DNA of 64,000 nt from the NCBI GenBank assembly GCA_025603075.1, contig MU626334.1:28921-92920 (forward strand), read 5' to 3'. Under the pieces are notes generated by a model. That model searched no databases. It was not told the origin of the DNA and saw only the letters and a list, made by a program, of their open reading frames with translations. This document shows, in pieces, positions 12,405 through 26,209 of the stretch (the stretch's first letter is position 1; each line of letters begins with the position of its first letter). Position numbers and translations under genes: made by a program. This stretch comes from Neoconidiobolus thromboides FSU 785. Lineage: Eukaryota; Fungi; Entomophthoromycota.

Positions 12405-13505
12405 TGTTCTAAAATTCACTAAATTAGAATTAGAATAAAATACTTTAAAACCACATAATTTTAGATAGTACCTAGTCAATATATTAGTGATTGATTTTTT
12501 ATTTTAATGACGATATACAGATAAGCCATAATAAAATATAAAAAGTAAGGCTTAAAGTCATTTATTACCATAACTACAATAAACTATTTATTATATTTAT
12601 AATTTTACCAAATCTGACATGGGAATCTTCCAAACTCCAATACAGTCGGCTAGATCTGGTTTATATGAAATAGCAATAAATAACAGCAATCGAGTAGTAA
12701 GGTTATATCAAACTCTTATACTCATATTTAATAATCTAAAATACTTAAATATTTTGAGGTTTAGAAATACGGATAAAAAAGGAAAGAAGTCCTCAACTAT
12801 ATGTACAAATCTATCAGCTTCAATTTTTTTTATAAGCTTACATTTGGCTGAGCCACCTCTTCCAGTAAAAACATCATTGATATTTGTATCACAGTTGTTA
12901 AAAGATATATTTTCAACAATATCTGTGTCATAAAAATTGTTGAAGATAATAAGTCGTATATTTGATAGAAAAAGTATTGAGCTTGATAGTTTGTTAAACT
13001 ATAGACGAATTTGCTTTAAATTTGACAATCTTAAAAAATACTTCATTAATTGAATAATGAAAATTAAAAATAACTAAACTAATAGCATCGCATTTTAAAA
13101 AAAATCATACATACGCATATTCATTTGTACTATTAAAAAATCCTTTAAAGTTGTCCAACTATGCCATGCTTTTCGGTTGCTTTAAATTAAGTATTTAATG
13201 GTGTGTTCAGTGTCAATTTTTTTTTTGGATTTTCAACTCTAAATTATATGCAAAAACTATCTCTGAATCATATTCATGTTAGAGAAAATAATCCATACTA
13301 CTTAACTGTAGCATATTTAACTTAGTAAACTTTGTTTTAACAATATCTAATCCTTAAAGTCTTAAAAAATAACCGCCTGCGTTTGCATAAGGGATTTTAG
13401 TCCACCTGGATCTAAATATTTAATAATGTCTTTAATAATGTCTTTAATAATAATATCATTCATTTCAATTTCAATTTCAATTGGCTCGAATAACTAATAA
13501 ATACT

Positions 13506-13790
13506 TCAATAGATTGTATGTAATTCAGTCTTTAGCATGTTATTATTATTAGATGGCTGTTCGTAAGTTGTGGATGTTATATCTGAATAATGATTTAAGT
13601 ATTGAACTATCCCATTGCTTATATTCATATGGCTTATCAGTGATCCCCTTTCCTTAACAAAATTGAATTTATAGTCTTGATATTGTTTACATTTATTTAG
13701 GAAATACAGCTTAAATAACTTAACTGGGCTTATATATTTAAAATTTTCTTCTAGCAAAATGTCAGATAGATACTCGGATTTTAAACTCAT
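13506..13790 (-). pseudogene. Possible F-box-like gene fragment
   Basis: YLSDILLEENFKYISPVKLFKLYFLNK loosely resembles an F-box helix pattern; no downstream domain is traceable. Confidence 0.25.
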
Positions 13791-14832
13791 TTTGAAGTCA
13801 AGTGTGAAATATGGGCATTTAATTCATTCTCATTTTATACCTTCTAAGCCCTGTTCTAATTAGCTAATGGTTATATATAAGGAGTAAAGTTCAAATATGC
13901 AATAACTAGGATTTTGATCAATAATGACTTTAACTTATCTATAATCATTTAGTATTGACTTTTTTACTAATATTAATAGCCATTTAGCTGTGAAGTGAAT
14001 AACTTAAGCTTTTATTTGAGGTAACCTTATAAATATATCTATTAAGATGAAGTTATTGCTTCTAAGCTTTCACAAAATTATAAAAAAATGATAGTGTAAA
14101 CTAGAAACAAAATGCTCTTATTTCCATGTAACTCATCGATATTCTAAAAATAATATAAATCTAACTTCTTTACATATCCTAAACTTTCGTTTACTTTTTC
14201 TATAATAAAATTTGTATCAGCTTTATCTGATTTTGTACCTTGTCATTATTTCTCCATTAAATACCACTGTTTCAGACACTTAAATATTGAAAATTTTGTT
14301 CAAGTACAAGTAGCAGATAGATTTTAATTTTAAGCAATAATTGAACCCATTTATAAAAAACATTAAGTTCGAAATTAGATTAAGATAAATTAGAAATTTT
14401 TAATATGTCTTACAATAAATTTTTTATATCATATAGCTTATTTTAAAGATCAAATAATAGTAACACTTTCCATAGGATTTATACTTAATCTCCGATTTCT
14501 ATAATAAAGCTTATAAATTGGATCATAGGTTTAAAGTAACCCAAATAATGGGGATCGATATTTAAAAACTATTTATTCATAATCAATTCATATTTTTATA
14601 TTCAATTCAAATATTACAATCAAATGACATTCCACCTCCATTAATATTCTTTCAACTCACTTTTGATCTGCAAAAACTCAATTTAAATCAACCTAACTCT
14701 ATCAAAAAACAGCAAAAATTCTATCTCAACAGATTAAAAAGCTGAATCATTCAGCTTCCACTTATTTATCATTTTTAATGTTTTTAAAGCCAATCTTAAG
14801 TTTTAAAACATTAATCCAAAAGCATTGAATAA

Positions 14833-17800
14833 ATGGCATCAAACTTAAATCCAAGTGCACATACATTTGTACCAAGAGTTCAAGAAAAAGAGGGTGGGGC
14901 TACAAATGGCAATAATGAGGTTGAAATTGGGATAAAAAATAATGGGTTTGGGCAGGAAGGAGAAGATAAAGGGATGAAAGTAGATATTATTGAAGGTAAA
15001 TATCAATTTGGAAACGATATAGGAGTGAGCGACAATGGTAAAGTAATATACCCTAAGTGGAATATCAATTTTAATAAAGAGTTAACGGGATTAGATGGAC
15101 AAGGTAAATTTGATTAAGACAATATAAAAACTATATTCATAAATCATAATAATAATACTAATTTGTTTTTTTAAAATATAAATCAGATATCAAAAATATT
15201 AAAATAAATTTCCGATATTTATTAAGCTTATTACAAAAGGAAAAAGAAAGTTATCGAAAACTGAATAAATTTTATCAAAATATCGAAAAAAGTATAAGAA
15301 ATCCAATGGGATTATATTGGTTAGCTAAAAATATGTTTGTTTATAATAACATTGGTAAATTGAACAATCAACAAACACAACATAATACAACGATAATGGA
15401 CTCAGAAGTTAAAATTAGTTTTACTTATTTAGTGATTAATTTATTTTTAGCTAATAGAGAAGGTGATTTGTTTTGTAAAGATATTAGCAAATTGATTGCT
15501 TTTATTGGGCAAGCTTTGGAAAACAATCGAGGTTGTTATTTTTTATGGATGTTTAATGCATTGCGAGAGTTATGTGATAAAGAATTTATTCAAAGTAAGT
15601 TTATTGATAAAGAAATTATTAATCAAAAAGTCGATTTTTCAATAATAGTTAAGAACGCAAGATTGTGGTTTATTAATTGTTTTAAAGATTTTCTAAATCA
15701 ACAATTACATATATCAATCTTTAAAAATAATTTAAAACAAGAAGAAATCAACCAATTAGATCATTATACAAAGATGAAATCAGACTTTTTACCATTTGTC
15801 CAACCTTTTATTTTAGATTTAAGTTTATTTTTAAACAAACAAAATATTTCGTTTGACGAAGTTTATAATATATTATTGGTTATTGAAATTATATTAGTCC
15901 GATTTGAATTTAACTTTGAAACAATTGTATTTCTAATCATGAATTTAATTAATAATTTAAAATTAGAAAATGAAGATTATTTCGATCGTAAATTAAATAT
16001 TACTTTACATTCAATAATATCTAAATTATTTAAAAATCAAAGTATTAACCCAATAATTTATAGTAAATTAATTGAACAATTTTTATATTTATTAAATTTA
16101 AATTCATTACAATTAAATAATATGAATTTCATTATTAAATTTCAATATCAACTAAGAATGTTTTCTATCTTTTTATCTATAATTACAAGAGAATTAAATA
16201 ATGAAAAAGAAAAAATTATATTAAATAAAAATTATAATCAATCTTCTTTATTTAATATATTACTAGAAAAGATATTTAAACATTCCATTCCATTTTTATT
16301 CAATTTAATTGATAAATATCAACAATTAATTAATTTAATAGAACAAAATCAAATAAAGATAAAAATCAATAAGTCATTCGGATCAGTTGAAATTAAATTA
16401 ATGGATTTAATATTAGACAATTATGAGTTAGCTAATACATATTTCAATTATAGTATATTATTGTATAATTTACATAATAAACAATTAATTTTGTTACAAC
16501 AGAATATTATTGAATTTGAAAATTCAAAATGGATTTATAAGTTATATCAAATTATTCAACAATCTACAACAGCTGAAAAAATAAACTATTTTGAACAACT
16601 AGTTAAACCTGAAAGTAATTTGTTGAAGTTAAGATATTTTTATTCAACTAAAGATGCTAAATTAATGAATCAAATTTTTATATTTTTTAAGAAATTATTA
16701 TTACACTTAAATAATAAGAGTCATGATTTTAAAGCAAAGAATCATGCTCTATCCTTCAAATTAATTCCTTCAATTAATGAATTCTTTTTGGAAATCATGA
16801 CGTATTATTTTAATGTATTGGAGGTTAATAAGGACAATAAATATCAACAAGATAATCCACTTGAGGGATCAATTCATGAATTTATTCAACAAAATCTTAC
16901 TGCTCCAGCACAAGAACAATTTGTAATATTAAATAATTGGTTTAAACAATATAATAATAATAATAATAACAATAATAATGATAATGATAATGATAATAAT
17001 GATAATAATGATAATAATGATAATAATGATAATAACAGTAATCAACAACAACAAATAGAATTAGACAACAATCAATGGGCATCTTATCTAAAAAAAACTC
17101 AACAATTAAATTTAAGTCATAACAAATTCATTAATTTACAAAATATATCATTTAATTTAAAATTATTAGTATTACTAAGTCAATATTTTGAAGTATTTAT
17201 TGAACGTACTATTGCATTTTTAATATTAATAGTCAGTAATAGTTTAAATATTATTAAAGAATCAGACAGGAATAATTTAGCATCAATTGAACTTCAAGAG
17301 CATATAAATTATTTTCATCCAACATTACTACTTACTTTAGATACATTGATTTCACATGTAGATAATTTTATGATGAACAATAATTTAATGATTACTCATA
17401 AATTATACATTAGTTTTTTAAACATATGTTTGAAACAAAATTTCATTAATTTAGATACTAACTATTCTAATTTAATATTTCAGTTATGTAATAAATTATT
17501 GGGTTATAATCATACATCAAGTAATATTGGAAGGAATAATTCAAATCTAATGAAAACTATATTAATACAATATTCAACTCAAAGTATTGTTACGATTCGA
17601 TTAAAGGTAGCTAAACTATTAGTAAAGTTTATTAAAGTAAAGTTCAACTCAATAGCTTTTACTCAAATGATTCATGAAAATGAAGAATTGAAATCCATAA
17701 TTCAATTCAATTTAAATGATCCAATAGAAAAAATTCGAGAGTTCTATTTTAATGTAACATTTCAATTGTTTCCATTGAAGTTGAATAATAATTTCAATAA

Positions 17801-20800
17801 TTTCAATAATAATAATATCACTACAGATTATCATTTACAACGATTAATTTACAACTCCCCTCATTCTGGCTATTTTCAACCTCACCATTTTCAATATGTA
17901 ATGGAGCAGTTAGGTTTAAATCAATATTTAATATCAAAAAATAACACTACGCTCGTTCCCTCCATCTCTACTACTTCCAATGAACTTGAATGGACTAATA
18001 AATTATTTCAAGATAGTGGTAATTTGGATGGAATTTCCAACGTTTTCCCTTCAATGTTCAATCTCAATTTAGAAACATTACAATCTTGGATTGCATGGGA
18101 AGTGGCACGATATTGTATTTTAGCAAGATTAAGAACCCCATTCGGTGGCCCTAGTCAAACATTAAAAGCATTTGAGGATAGTATGGAATATTTATCAAAT
18201 ACTAATAATAATAATGATTTCAATATACAACTATTTTTAAAAATAATGAATTATTTAGAATTTTGGATAGATTATTGTATTAATGGTCATTATCCTTTTG
18301 TAAATGAAAGTAAAAATGGGCTGCCAGAAGCACCAAAATCCTCAATTGCTTTTTTTATTACCAATCAAAAAGTATGTCATACTTGGTTTGTTGAATGTCG
18401 ATTTCAATTATTTCAATTGGCAAAAAAATCCATGGATAAATTCACAACAATTCAATTGGGTTGGAAAGTATTAAGAGATTGTGTTAGTGAAAACAAGGAG
18501 TTGGAAGTGAATATAAGCAATAAAGATATATTGCAAGTAATTATGGAAATGATTATGGAATATCAAGAGATGGAAGATCATAGGGAGATTTTAGAGTTAT
18601 TAAAGTGGACGAGAAAGAATTCATCTCAATTGATAGGAAAGAGTGAGAATAAAAACAAGAATAAGAATAGCAATAAGAATGAAAATGAAAATGAGAATGA
18701 GATGATTGCTAACATTATTTTAGGCTTTATGGAATGTAACGTAAATCAAGGTGGGGAAAAGTTTTTAAACTTAAGTAAGGAGTTATTAAATAATACAATT
18801 GTTTATAAGAAGATCTGTTTTGATCCAAAAGAATTAAATTTTTTACAGTTTGTATTAAATTGGGTTGGGGCTATTATTTGTCCATTAAGAATGAAGAAAA
18901 TTAATTATAAAGAAAAGGAGTTAATGGATAATAAGTTTCCAAAACATGAGATTGATTTTGAACAATTTAATGAACAATTTATTAAATATAATAAATCCAA
19001 TCAATATATTAAAAATTTTGATGATAGTAAATTAAAACAATTCAATTTTTTAAGCAGTAAAATAACAAGGAAAGGAATTCAAATTGGTATCAATACTATA
19101 TTAGAGTTAAAAACTCAGTTATTAATAGATAATGAAGAAGGTATATTAAATATTCAACAAGATTTCATTAGTCCAATTTGTAATAAATTAGCTAAATTGA
19201 AATCAAATTCAATTGATTTTGAATGTAAAGATATTAAAATATTAACTTTATTTAATCAATTATATAGTAATAATGAAATAAATAATGGTATTAAAGAAAT
19301 TAATAATTTAAAACAATTTAACAAGAATTGTTTGGATTATTTAAAAGATAGTCAATCGGAAGTCAAGTTTGATTTAAGTAGTATTATATTGAAGGAAGAT
19401 AATAATGATAATTACAACATCAATGTAAACGATGTAATATTAATTGATTTATTATACTATTTAAATCAACAAAAATATAATAATAAGATAGAAATACTAA
19501 AGGAGAATAGTAACAATAATAGCAATAATATCGATTTTATGATAGGATATTGTTTATATCATAGTAAAAATTCAAGATTTAATTATCAATATCAACAATA
19601 TCTAATTAGCTTAGAGAATATATTATCAAAAGAAGATAATCTAATATTAAATTTAGATTTTAAATTAAAATATAACCCATATAATAGTAATAACATTCAA
19701 CAATTAATCGAATTAATTCACTCAGATCAAAAGAATAAAGAATTGATTTGTAAATTAGGATATGATTATTTAAATTTTATTAAGGGAAATAGGGAAGACA
19801 ATGAGGTAAATATGAAGTTGTTAAGTCTAGATAAAATAAATAGTAAATTTAACAATAATTCAAATATTAATAATAATGAATTAATAAAATACCCCAAGAA
19901 TGGAACAATCAATGATGAATTAATACAATTGTGTATTAGCGTATTTGAACTAAATCAAACTCACAATTATGATTTAGAAATTGGTACTTACTTATTAGAT
20001 CAATTAATCAATTTGAAATTAAATCTAAAATCAAATTTAAAATTAACATTAAACAATTATTTCGGGGTGGATTTAAAAATGGTGGAAGTATTTTATCAAG
20101 AAGTTAATAGTCAAGATAAACAATTATTCTTCAAGAGAGTAGTATTACCTGTATTTGAAAATAAAATAGAAGATATTGAGAACAAGTTAACAGGACATTC
20201 CGATTTTGTTGTTGGTTCTTGTAATATATTTCAAAAAGAATTAAAAGAACAAATTCAAAATTTAGTTAACTCAAGTTTAAAATATTTCACAGGTTACTTT
20301 TTATATAATCAACATAAAATAAAGGATCAAAAACAATTGATTTGTATAGGATTAAAAATATTAAAATTAATGAAAGATTATTATTTCTATTTACAACAGA
20401 ATACAATACAAGAATTAAACAAATTGGGAAAGAATCCAATATGGGGTAAAATAATAGAACAAATAATATATCATTTAGAAAATCCAAAGATTTCAACTAT
20501 TATATTAAATATATTAAAAAATTATTTTTTGAATAATTTTTCATCAGATTTAATTTATTTAATTCTAATGAAATATAATCAACACTCAGATTTAATACAA
20601 TTATTAATTGAATGTACACAAATGAATTTAATACAATATACAAATTTAGTTGACTTTATTCATTCATTATCTAATTTAGGTAGTTTATGGGATGAAAAAT
20701 GGACAATTAAATTAAATAATTGGAATTTAGAAATTCAACATTTATTTCAAAAAATATATATTGAACTAGATTGGTTAGAAAGTATATTATCACCACAACA

Positions 20801-22787
20801 AAATCAATTAAATAAACAAATATTAGTTTATCAAACAATATTAAACCCATTAATTGAAGATATTCAGAAATTATTTAATAATACATTTGAACTTGGAGCT
20901 AATACTCCATATGAAACTATATTAATTAATAAATATTATGAATCAATTAATAAAGCTATTAAGTTATTAAAGAATCCAACGGATATTATGCAATTTAAAA
21001 ATGGATGGAAATCATTTGAAGAAATTCAAAAGCTAATGCAAAAGGAAGTGTTGTGTCATCGAACATTGTTATTAAAAGATATTTGTCCCAATTTAAATAA
21101 AAATATTGATTTTAATCAATTATGGTTACCTAATTCAACAATAAAGATTCAAAGTATAAGTAAACAAATTCAAATATTACCTAGTAAAACTAAACCTAAA
21201 AAAATTAGTATTTGGGGTCAAAATGGGAAGCAATATAGTTATTTATTAAAAGGATCCGAAGATTTAAATGTTGATCGATTAATTATGCAATTTTTTAAAA
21301 TGAGTCAATTAATATTAAATAAGAATTATAATACTTATTTAATATTACCATTTAACAAAGAAGGTGGTTTAATTGAATGGATGGATAATACGATTCCTTT
21401 ACAACAAATTTATAAACATCATCAAGTAAGAAAATTAAAAAATGAACAACTAATGAATCAAATGAAATTAAAAAATAATTTATTAAAACAACATGAAGAG
21501 AATAATAAAGAATTATCAAGTAACAGTAATAATAATAATTTAATAAAAGATAATAATAAAGAAAACAAAATAACAAAAGAAGAAGATATAAATAATTTAA
21601 ATATAGCTAATAAATTATTTTGGGATTTAGCTAAACCAATAATTAAAGAAAAAGAATTAAGTAATAATCGAAAATTATGGCCTATTGATTTATCATTGAA
21701 AATTTATAATTTGTTATGTGATAAAGTGGATAATCAAATATTTAAAAAAGAAATTTTAGGCTATTGTTTTTCATTTATGGAATATCATCTTCGATCGAAA
21801 AAAATTATGCAATCTATAGCTACAATTTCTATTTTAGGTTATTGTGTTGGCATTGGGGATCGACATTTAGATAATTTATTATTAAATATTCAAGATAATG
21901 AAATTGTATTAATTGATTTTAATATCTCTTTTTTAAGAGGTTTGGAATTACCTTGTCCTGAATTAGTACCCTTTAGATTAACTAGAAATATGCTGGGATT
22001 GATCGAAAACTATTTTGAAATATTTCAATTGGAATGTGAAACTAATTTGGAAAAAATTGTACTTAAAAATGATGGGTTAATTGAGAATTTATTTTCAATG
22101 ATCAATATAACTACTTGGACTAAAGAATCACCTCAAAGTCTATATTTTAAACAAAGAAAAAAACAAGATATTATTAAGTTTGAACGAATTAAGTTAAGAT
22201 ATCAACATTTGATTTTAGTATTGCCATCCAATCTATTAAAATTAAAAGAATATTTACAACAACTAATAAATTTATTAAATGAAAAAGAAGTAAATTTAAC
22301 TCAACTTAATTTATTTTTAGATGATCAATTATTGAGATATTTAAATTCAATTATTTTTGATAAAGCTAGTGAATTACTAGAGGAATTAAAAATTGGATTT
22401 GAAATGACGACTCCACCATTAAGGAAATTAGCTAACATTATTCAAAACTTAAAAGAAGATTTAATAATTGAATTCAAATTAATAATTGAAGAAGTTTCAA
22501 GCTATGAAGATAATACATTAAAAGAATTTAAACAACAAATATCGATTTTGATTAATGAATTAGATAATTTAAGTGTTCAATTTCAATCTTTGAAGTTAAA
22601 TCAAGTTTTATTCAATGAGATTGAAGGAGAGGTAAAATCATTTGAAAAATTAGTTCCAAATTGTTTAAATCAATATTTACATTTGAAAAAAGATCAAATA
22701 AAAGAAAAAACAAAACAATTGATTGAGGAAGCAATGGATAAAAATTCATTGGCTAAAATGTATGAAGGATGGACAGCATGGGTCTGA
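14833..22787 (+). CDS. SMG1: SMG1 PIKK-family kinase (NMD), 2 exons (14833..15103, 15187..22787), ~2623 aa
   Basis: A phase-1 intron at 15104..15186 joins the two ORFs in frame. ILPSKTKPKK..YLLKGSEDL, GIGDRHLDN, IDFN..PELVPFRLTRNM, LARLRTPFG, and a FATC end LAKMYEGWTAWV typical of SMG1 rather than TOR/ATM/ATR. Confidence 0.9.
16951..17040 (+). repeat. (AAT/GAT)n coding microsatellite (Asn/Asp tract in SMG1)
   Basis: Run of AATAAT/GATAAT triplets encoding [22 protein letters not shown]. Confidence 0.9.
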
Positions 22788-23283
22788 TTAAAGTTAAGGA
22801 ACATATAATAAAAAGATAAAAATGACACTAGTCTATTAGTTGCTGAGTGTTTTGTCTTCTGATTGTTGAAATTGATTGAAGTTTCAATAAGTGAGAGTTC
22901 AAGTGGAAAGTCTTGAATTTTTCTAATAATAAAAGAATTTTTTTTATTAATACTATTTTAGTTAATTAAATATTTTTAAAAAAAAGATTATACTCCAGAG
23001 TTGTTTCTAAATCAATCTCGCTTTCTTAGACAAACAAAATAAGAAGGTTATTGATTACAATGTCAAATACTTTTATGTAAAAAAGTGGACTGTAGCAATT
23101 TTATACTCTTATATATGAATTTGCCCAAAAAAGGAGATTAAAAATTATCTTGAAATATATGACCGTTTAAATGCCTGATTAAAATTCAAAACAAAATTTG
23201 TCAATATCACTTTTTTGTCCATTTTTCATATAGTGTCAAATTTTCAAATATTCTTAAGTTAATACTGGATAAAAGGTACCAAT

Positions 23284-23389
23284 AAATGGGAGTGTTTTTT
23301 TTGACTTCATTATTTTTTCCATTTTTTAAGTGCTATTTGAGCGGAAAATTTGTTAGTAAATTCTTAAATACAAAAATACATCCCCAAAT
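23284..23389 (+). mobile_element. MITE copy, TSD AAAT/AAAT
   Basis: AAAT-GGGAGTGTTTTTTTTGACTTCATT...AAAAATACATCCCC-AAAT. Confidence 0.95.
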
Positions 23390-24243
23390 GTTGATTAAAT
23401 ACATTTAATCCAAATTCTATTCCAAACTTCTTAATTGTTCATTTAAGAAAACAAATATGTCCAAATTCGGTCAAAATAGTTGAATTAGGCTTTAAAAAAA
23501 GTTATTAAATAATTTGACTATAAAAATTACTGCTAATCACTTAATATTGAACCAGTTATAAAAAAGTAAGCATTTCTATAGTACTTAATAGTCTATTTGG
23601 CATCTTTGGTAAAAAAAACCAAACTGAATTCAATTGGAGTCGAGGTTTGAAATCAACTCATATATATAAGGCTATAACATGTTAATCTATATATTGTGAT
23701 AATAGTTAGTTTAGCTTAGTTTGTTATCAAGTTTTTAATGCTTTCTACTCATCTTTAATTATCCTTATCTATATAATCTATTAAAATATTTGCTTATCCA
23801 AATATTTATCAAGTTTTTGATAGCAATAGGTTTTATGCAATTTTCCATCTGTACATTAAAATTTCAGTAATATCTTATTAACAGTAGAGTTATTAAAGTT
23901 GTTGTTTATTTTATTTATAAAATATATCAAAAGCTGTATTTCAAAAGCTGCTTAACTCCATTATTTTTATTAATTTCTGTGAAATTTTATTAAATTGTTC
24001 TTATAATTGATTTTAGTATTAAAATAGTAGATTTGAAAATTTATTAATGTAAAATTCCAAAGAATATAGTGTAAGAAAAAAAGATAATGAGGGCGATTAA
24101 ACTTATAAAAAAAATAGTTCATATTCAAACGACTATTGATTAACTTTCACTCTCACTTTCATTTAATGATAACTCTGAATAAGTGAATCTTAATTATTAT
24201 ACTTATTATCATTCTTCTCTTCTTCTACTTTCCTTTCACATCC

Positions 24244-24657
24244 TTACAATTTAATCACTTTCTTTTCATCTTTCAGACTATCTTCAAGTATATTTTCTTT
24301 CTTCTTAAAGCCATTCAATTTATTATTTAATTTACTATATTTTTTAATTTTTTTAATTGATGCTTTTTTATCTTTAATCTTCTTTAAGGTAATATTAGTT
24401 TTCTTTTTAACTTTTTGTGTAATTGTTGTTTTGTTTTGTGTTATGGAAGTAGCATTATCATGAGTTAAAAGTTGTTCGGATTCTAAAAGTTTGGGTAAAG
24501 TCGAATTGTTGACAGTTGGTTGAACATCAATGGGATTTCTCTTTTGTTTGTCATGTTTAGCAAGAATACTTTTTTTAAAATTCAATGATCTTGAATAAAA
24601 ACTACAAGTTGATAATTGAATTAGCAATAACAGGACTCCAAAGAAATAAAGTTTCAT
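24244..24657 (-). CDS. Small putative secreted protein with Lys-rich C-terminus
   Basis: Signal-peptide-like MKLYFFGVLLLLIQLSTCS, dibasic QKR site, very Lys-rich tail; 137 aa. Confidence 0.6.
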   Translation of the reverse strand: MKLYFFGVLLLLIQLSTCSFYSRSLNFKKSILAKHDKQKRNPIDVQPTVNNSTLPKLLESEQLLTHDNATSITQNKTTITQKVKKKTNITLKKIKDKKASIKKIKKYSKLNNKLNGFKKKENILEDSLKDEKKVIKL

Positions 24658-26209
24658 ATTTCTGTTTAAAAAAATGGTATTAGATAATTTATCTGGTTAT
24701 TTATATACTCTAAAAAATCAATTTATTATTCGTGAAATTGAGAATTAAATAATAATTTTAATTTATTAAATTTATTAATAATGTTACTTACTTTAGTAAC
24801 TTGAAAATTAAAATTATTTTAAACTATTTTTTATGCAATGTATGCACAAACGTACTAAACTTTCAAATGGTCCGCTTTGAAGATCTATTTTTCAATAGTT
24901 AACAATTAAAAAGTTAACTGGTTAAAAGTTTAGTACAAGTTTATGCTTACATTAAATAACAAAGACTATAAATTGTAATCTACAAAATTTAATATAACGA
25001 CTATGTTGATTTCTTGTGTTATATGTAATTGATGTTACTTCTATTATCATAGTCAAACTAAAATAGAGGAAAAGATAATTTAATTAAGTTTTATATTAGA
25101 TAGATTATCAAATATTATAATAATAAATAAAGTTAAATGATAACTTATATTAAATTATTTAATAAGAATCGATTGCTTTTTTTGTTCTTTAGATCAATCT
25201 CTGTCCAAAGTGTTTTATTTGAATAAAAAAACATTTTAACTATTTAAATAACTGGACTAAGGAATTCAAGCTATCAATAAACCACTTTTGAGGAGGTAAA
25301 TAGTGTGTTGATGGAGCTTCTGTCCTTTAAAAGTCTGAGAGATAAATTGTGAATTATATTGTTTCTACATTTCAATGAAGGTATTCATTAATTTGGGAAT
25401 GTAAATGAGTTTTAAGATGTTAACTAATGACTTTTCAATATAAAATAATAATAGAAATTATTTGAATAATAGAAATATCAAATCAATAAAAAATAGATCG
25501 AAATCAAATAAGACCTCAGTTTGGCTCTGTAATTAATATAAATATTATAGTAAATAAAAAATTTCAAAGTTGCCATTAAAAAGCCAAGTTTCGTAAATCT
25601 ACAATTTTAATTAAGTTTGAATTAAATTTGGGGTATAATTTATCTTTTATTAAATTTATAAACTGGGGTAAAAATAACAAATTAATAAAATCAATTCAAA
25701 ATATAAAAAAATACAAAATTAATTAGCTTTAAGGAACTAGAGATCATTGAAGTAAGTTAACACTAAAAAAAACATATTTATTTGGATTCAAACGCTATAT
25801 TAACACATCTTAAAAATATCAAAATAAATAATTCAGGTGTGATTATTAATTTTTAAAAAGGCAAGCAAAATCCAAAATTGACATTTTAGCAGGCCGAATT
25901 TTATTAACGAATTTCAAAAATATCAACAAAAAAAATGGATTTTAAACGGTTAAAAAAAATCATAACAAAAATAGCCAAAATAACACGTTAACATGGGATT
26001 TGGAAGCTTTCTAATATCAACAGTATTTTTAAGGCGTTGAGTTTAGATAACTAACAGCTCAACATTATATTAATAAGAAAGTAATAATAATTTACATACT
26101 TTTAGCTTTTTATTTCTTTTCTAATATTTAAAGATACATTAATTTGTTATTTATTTCTTTTCTTTTTATTTAATATTATTATCCTTTATTCAATTTATAA
26201 ACTAAAATT

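Noticed and set aside
12176-12412. 78-aa ORF
   Set aside because: Largely reads through a MITE copy (12297..12404); spurious.
12619-12933. 104-aa ORF
   Set aside because: No recognisable motif or coding bias; may be the antisense of a decayed gene.
20287-21576. Minus-strand ORFs 20287..20496 and 21352..21576
   Set aside because: Antisense shadows of SMG1.
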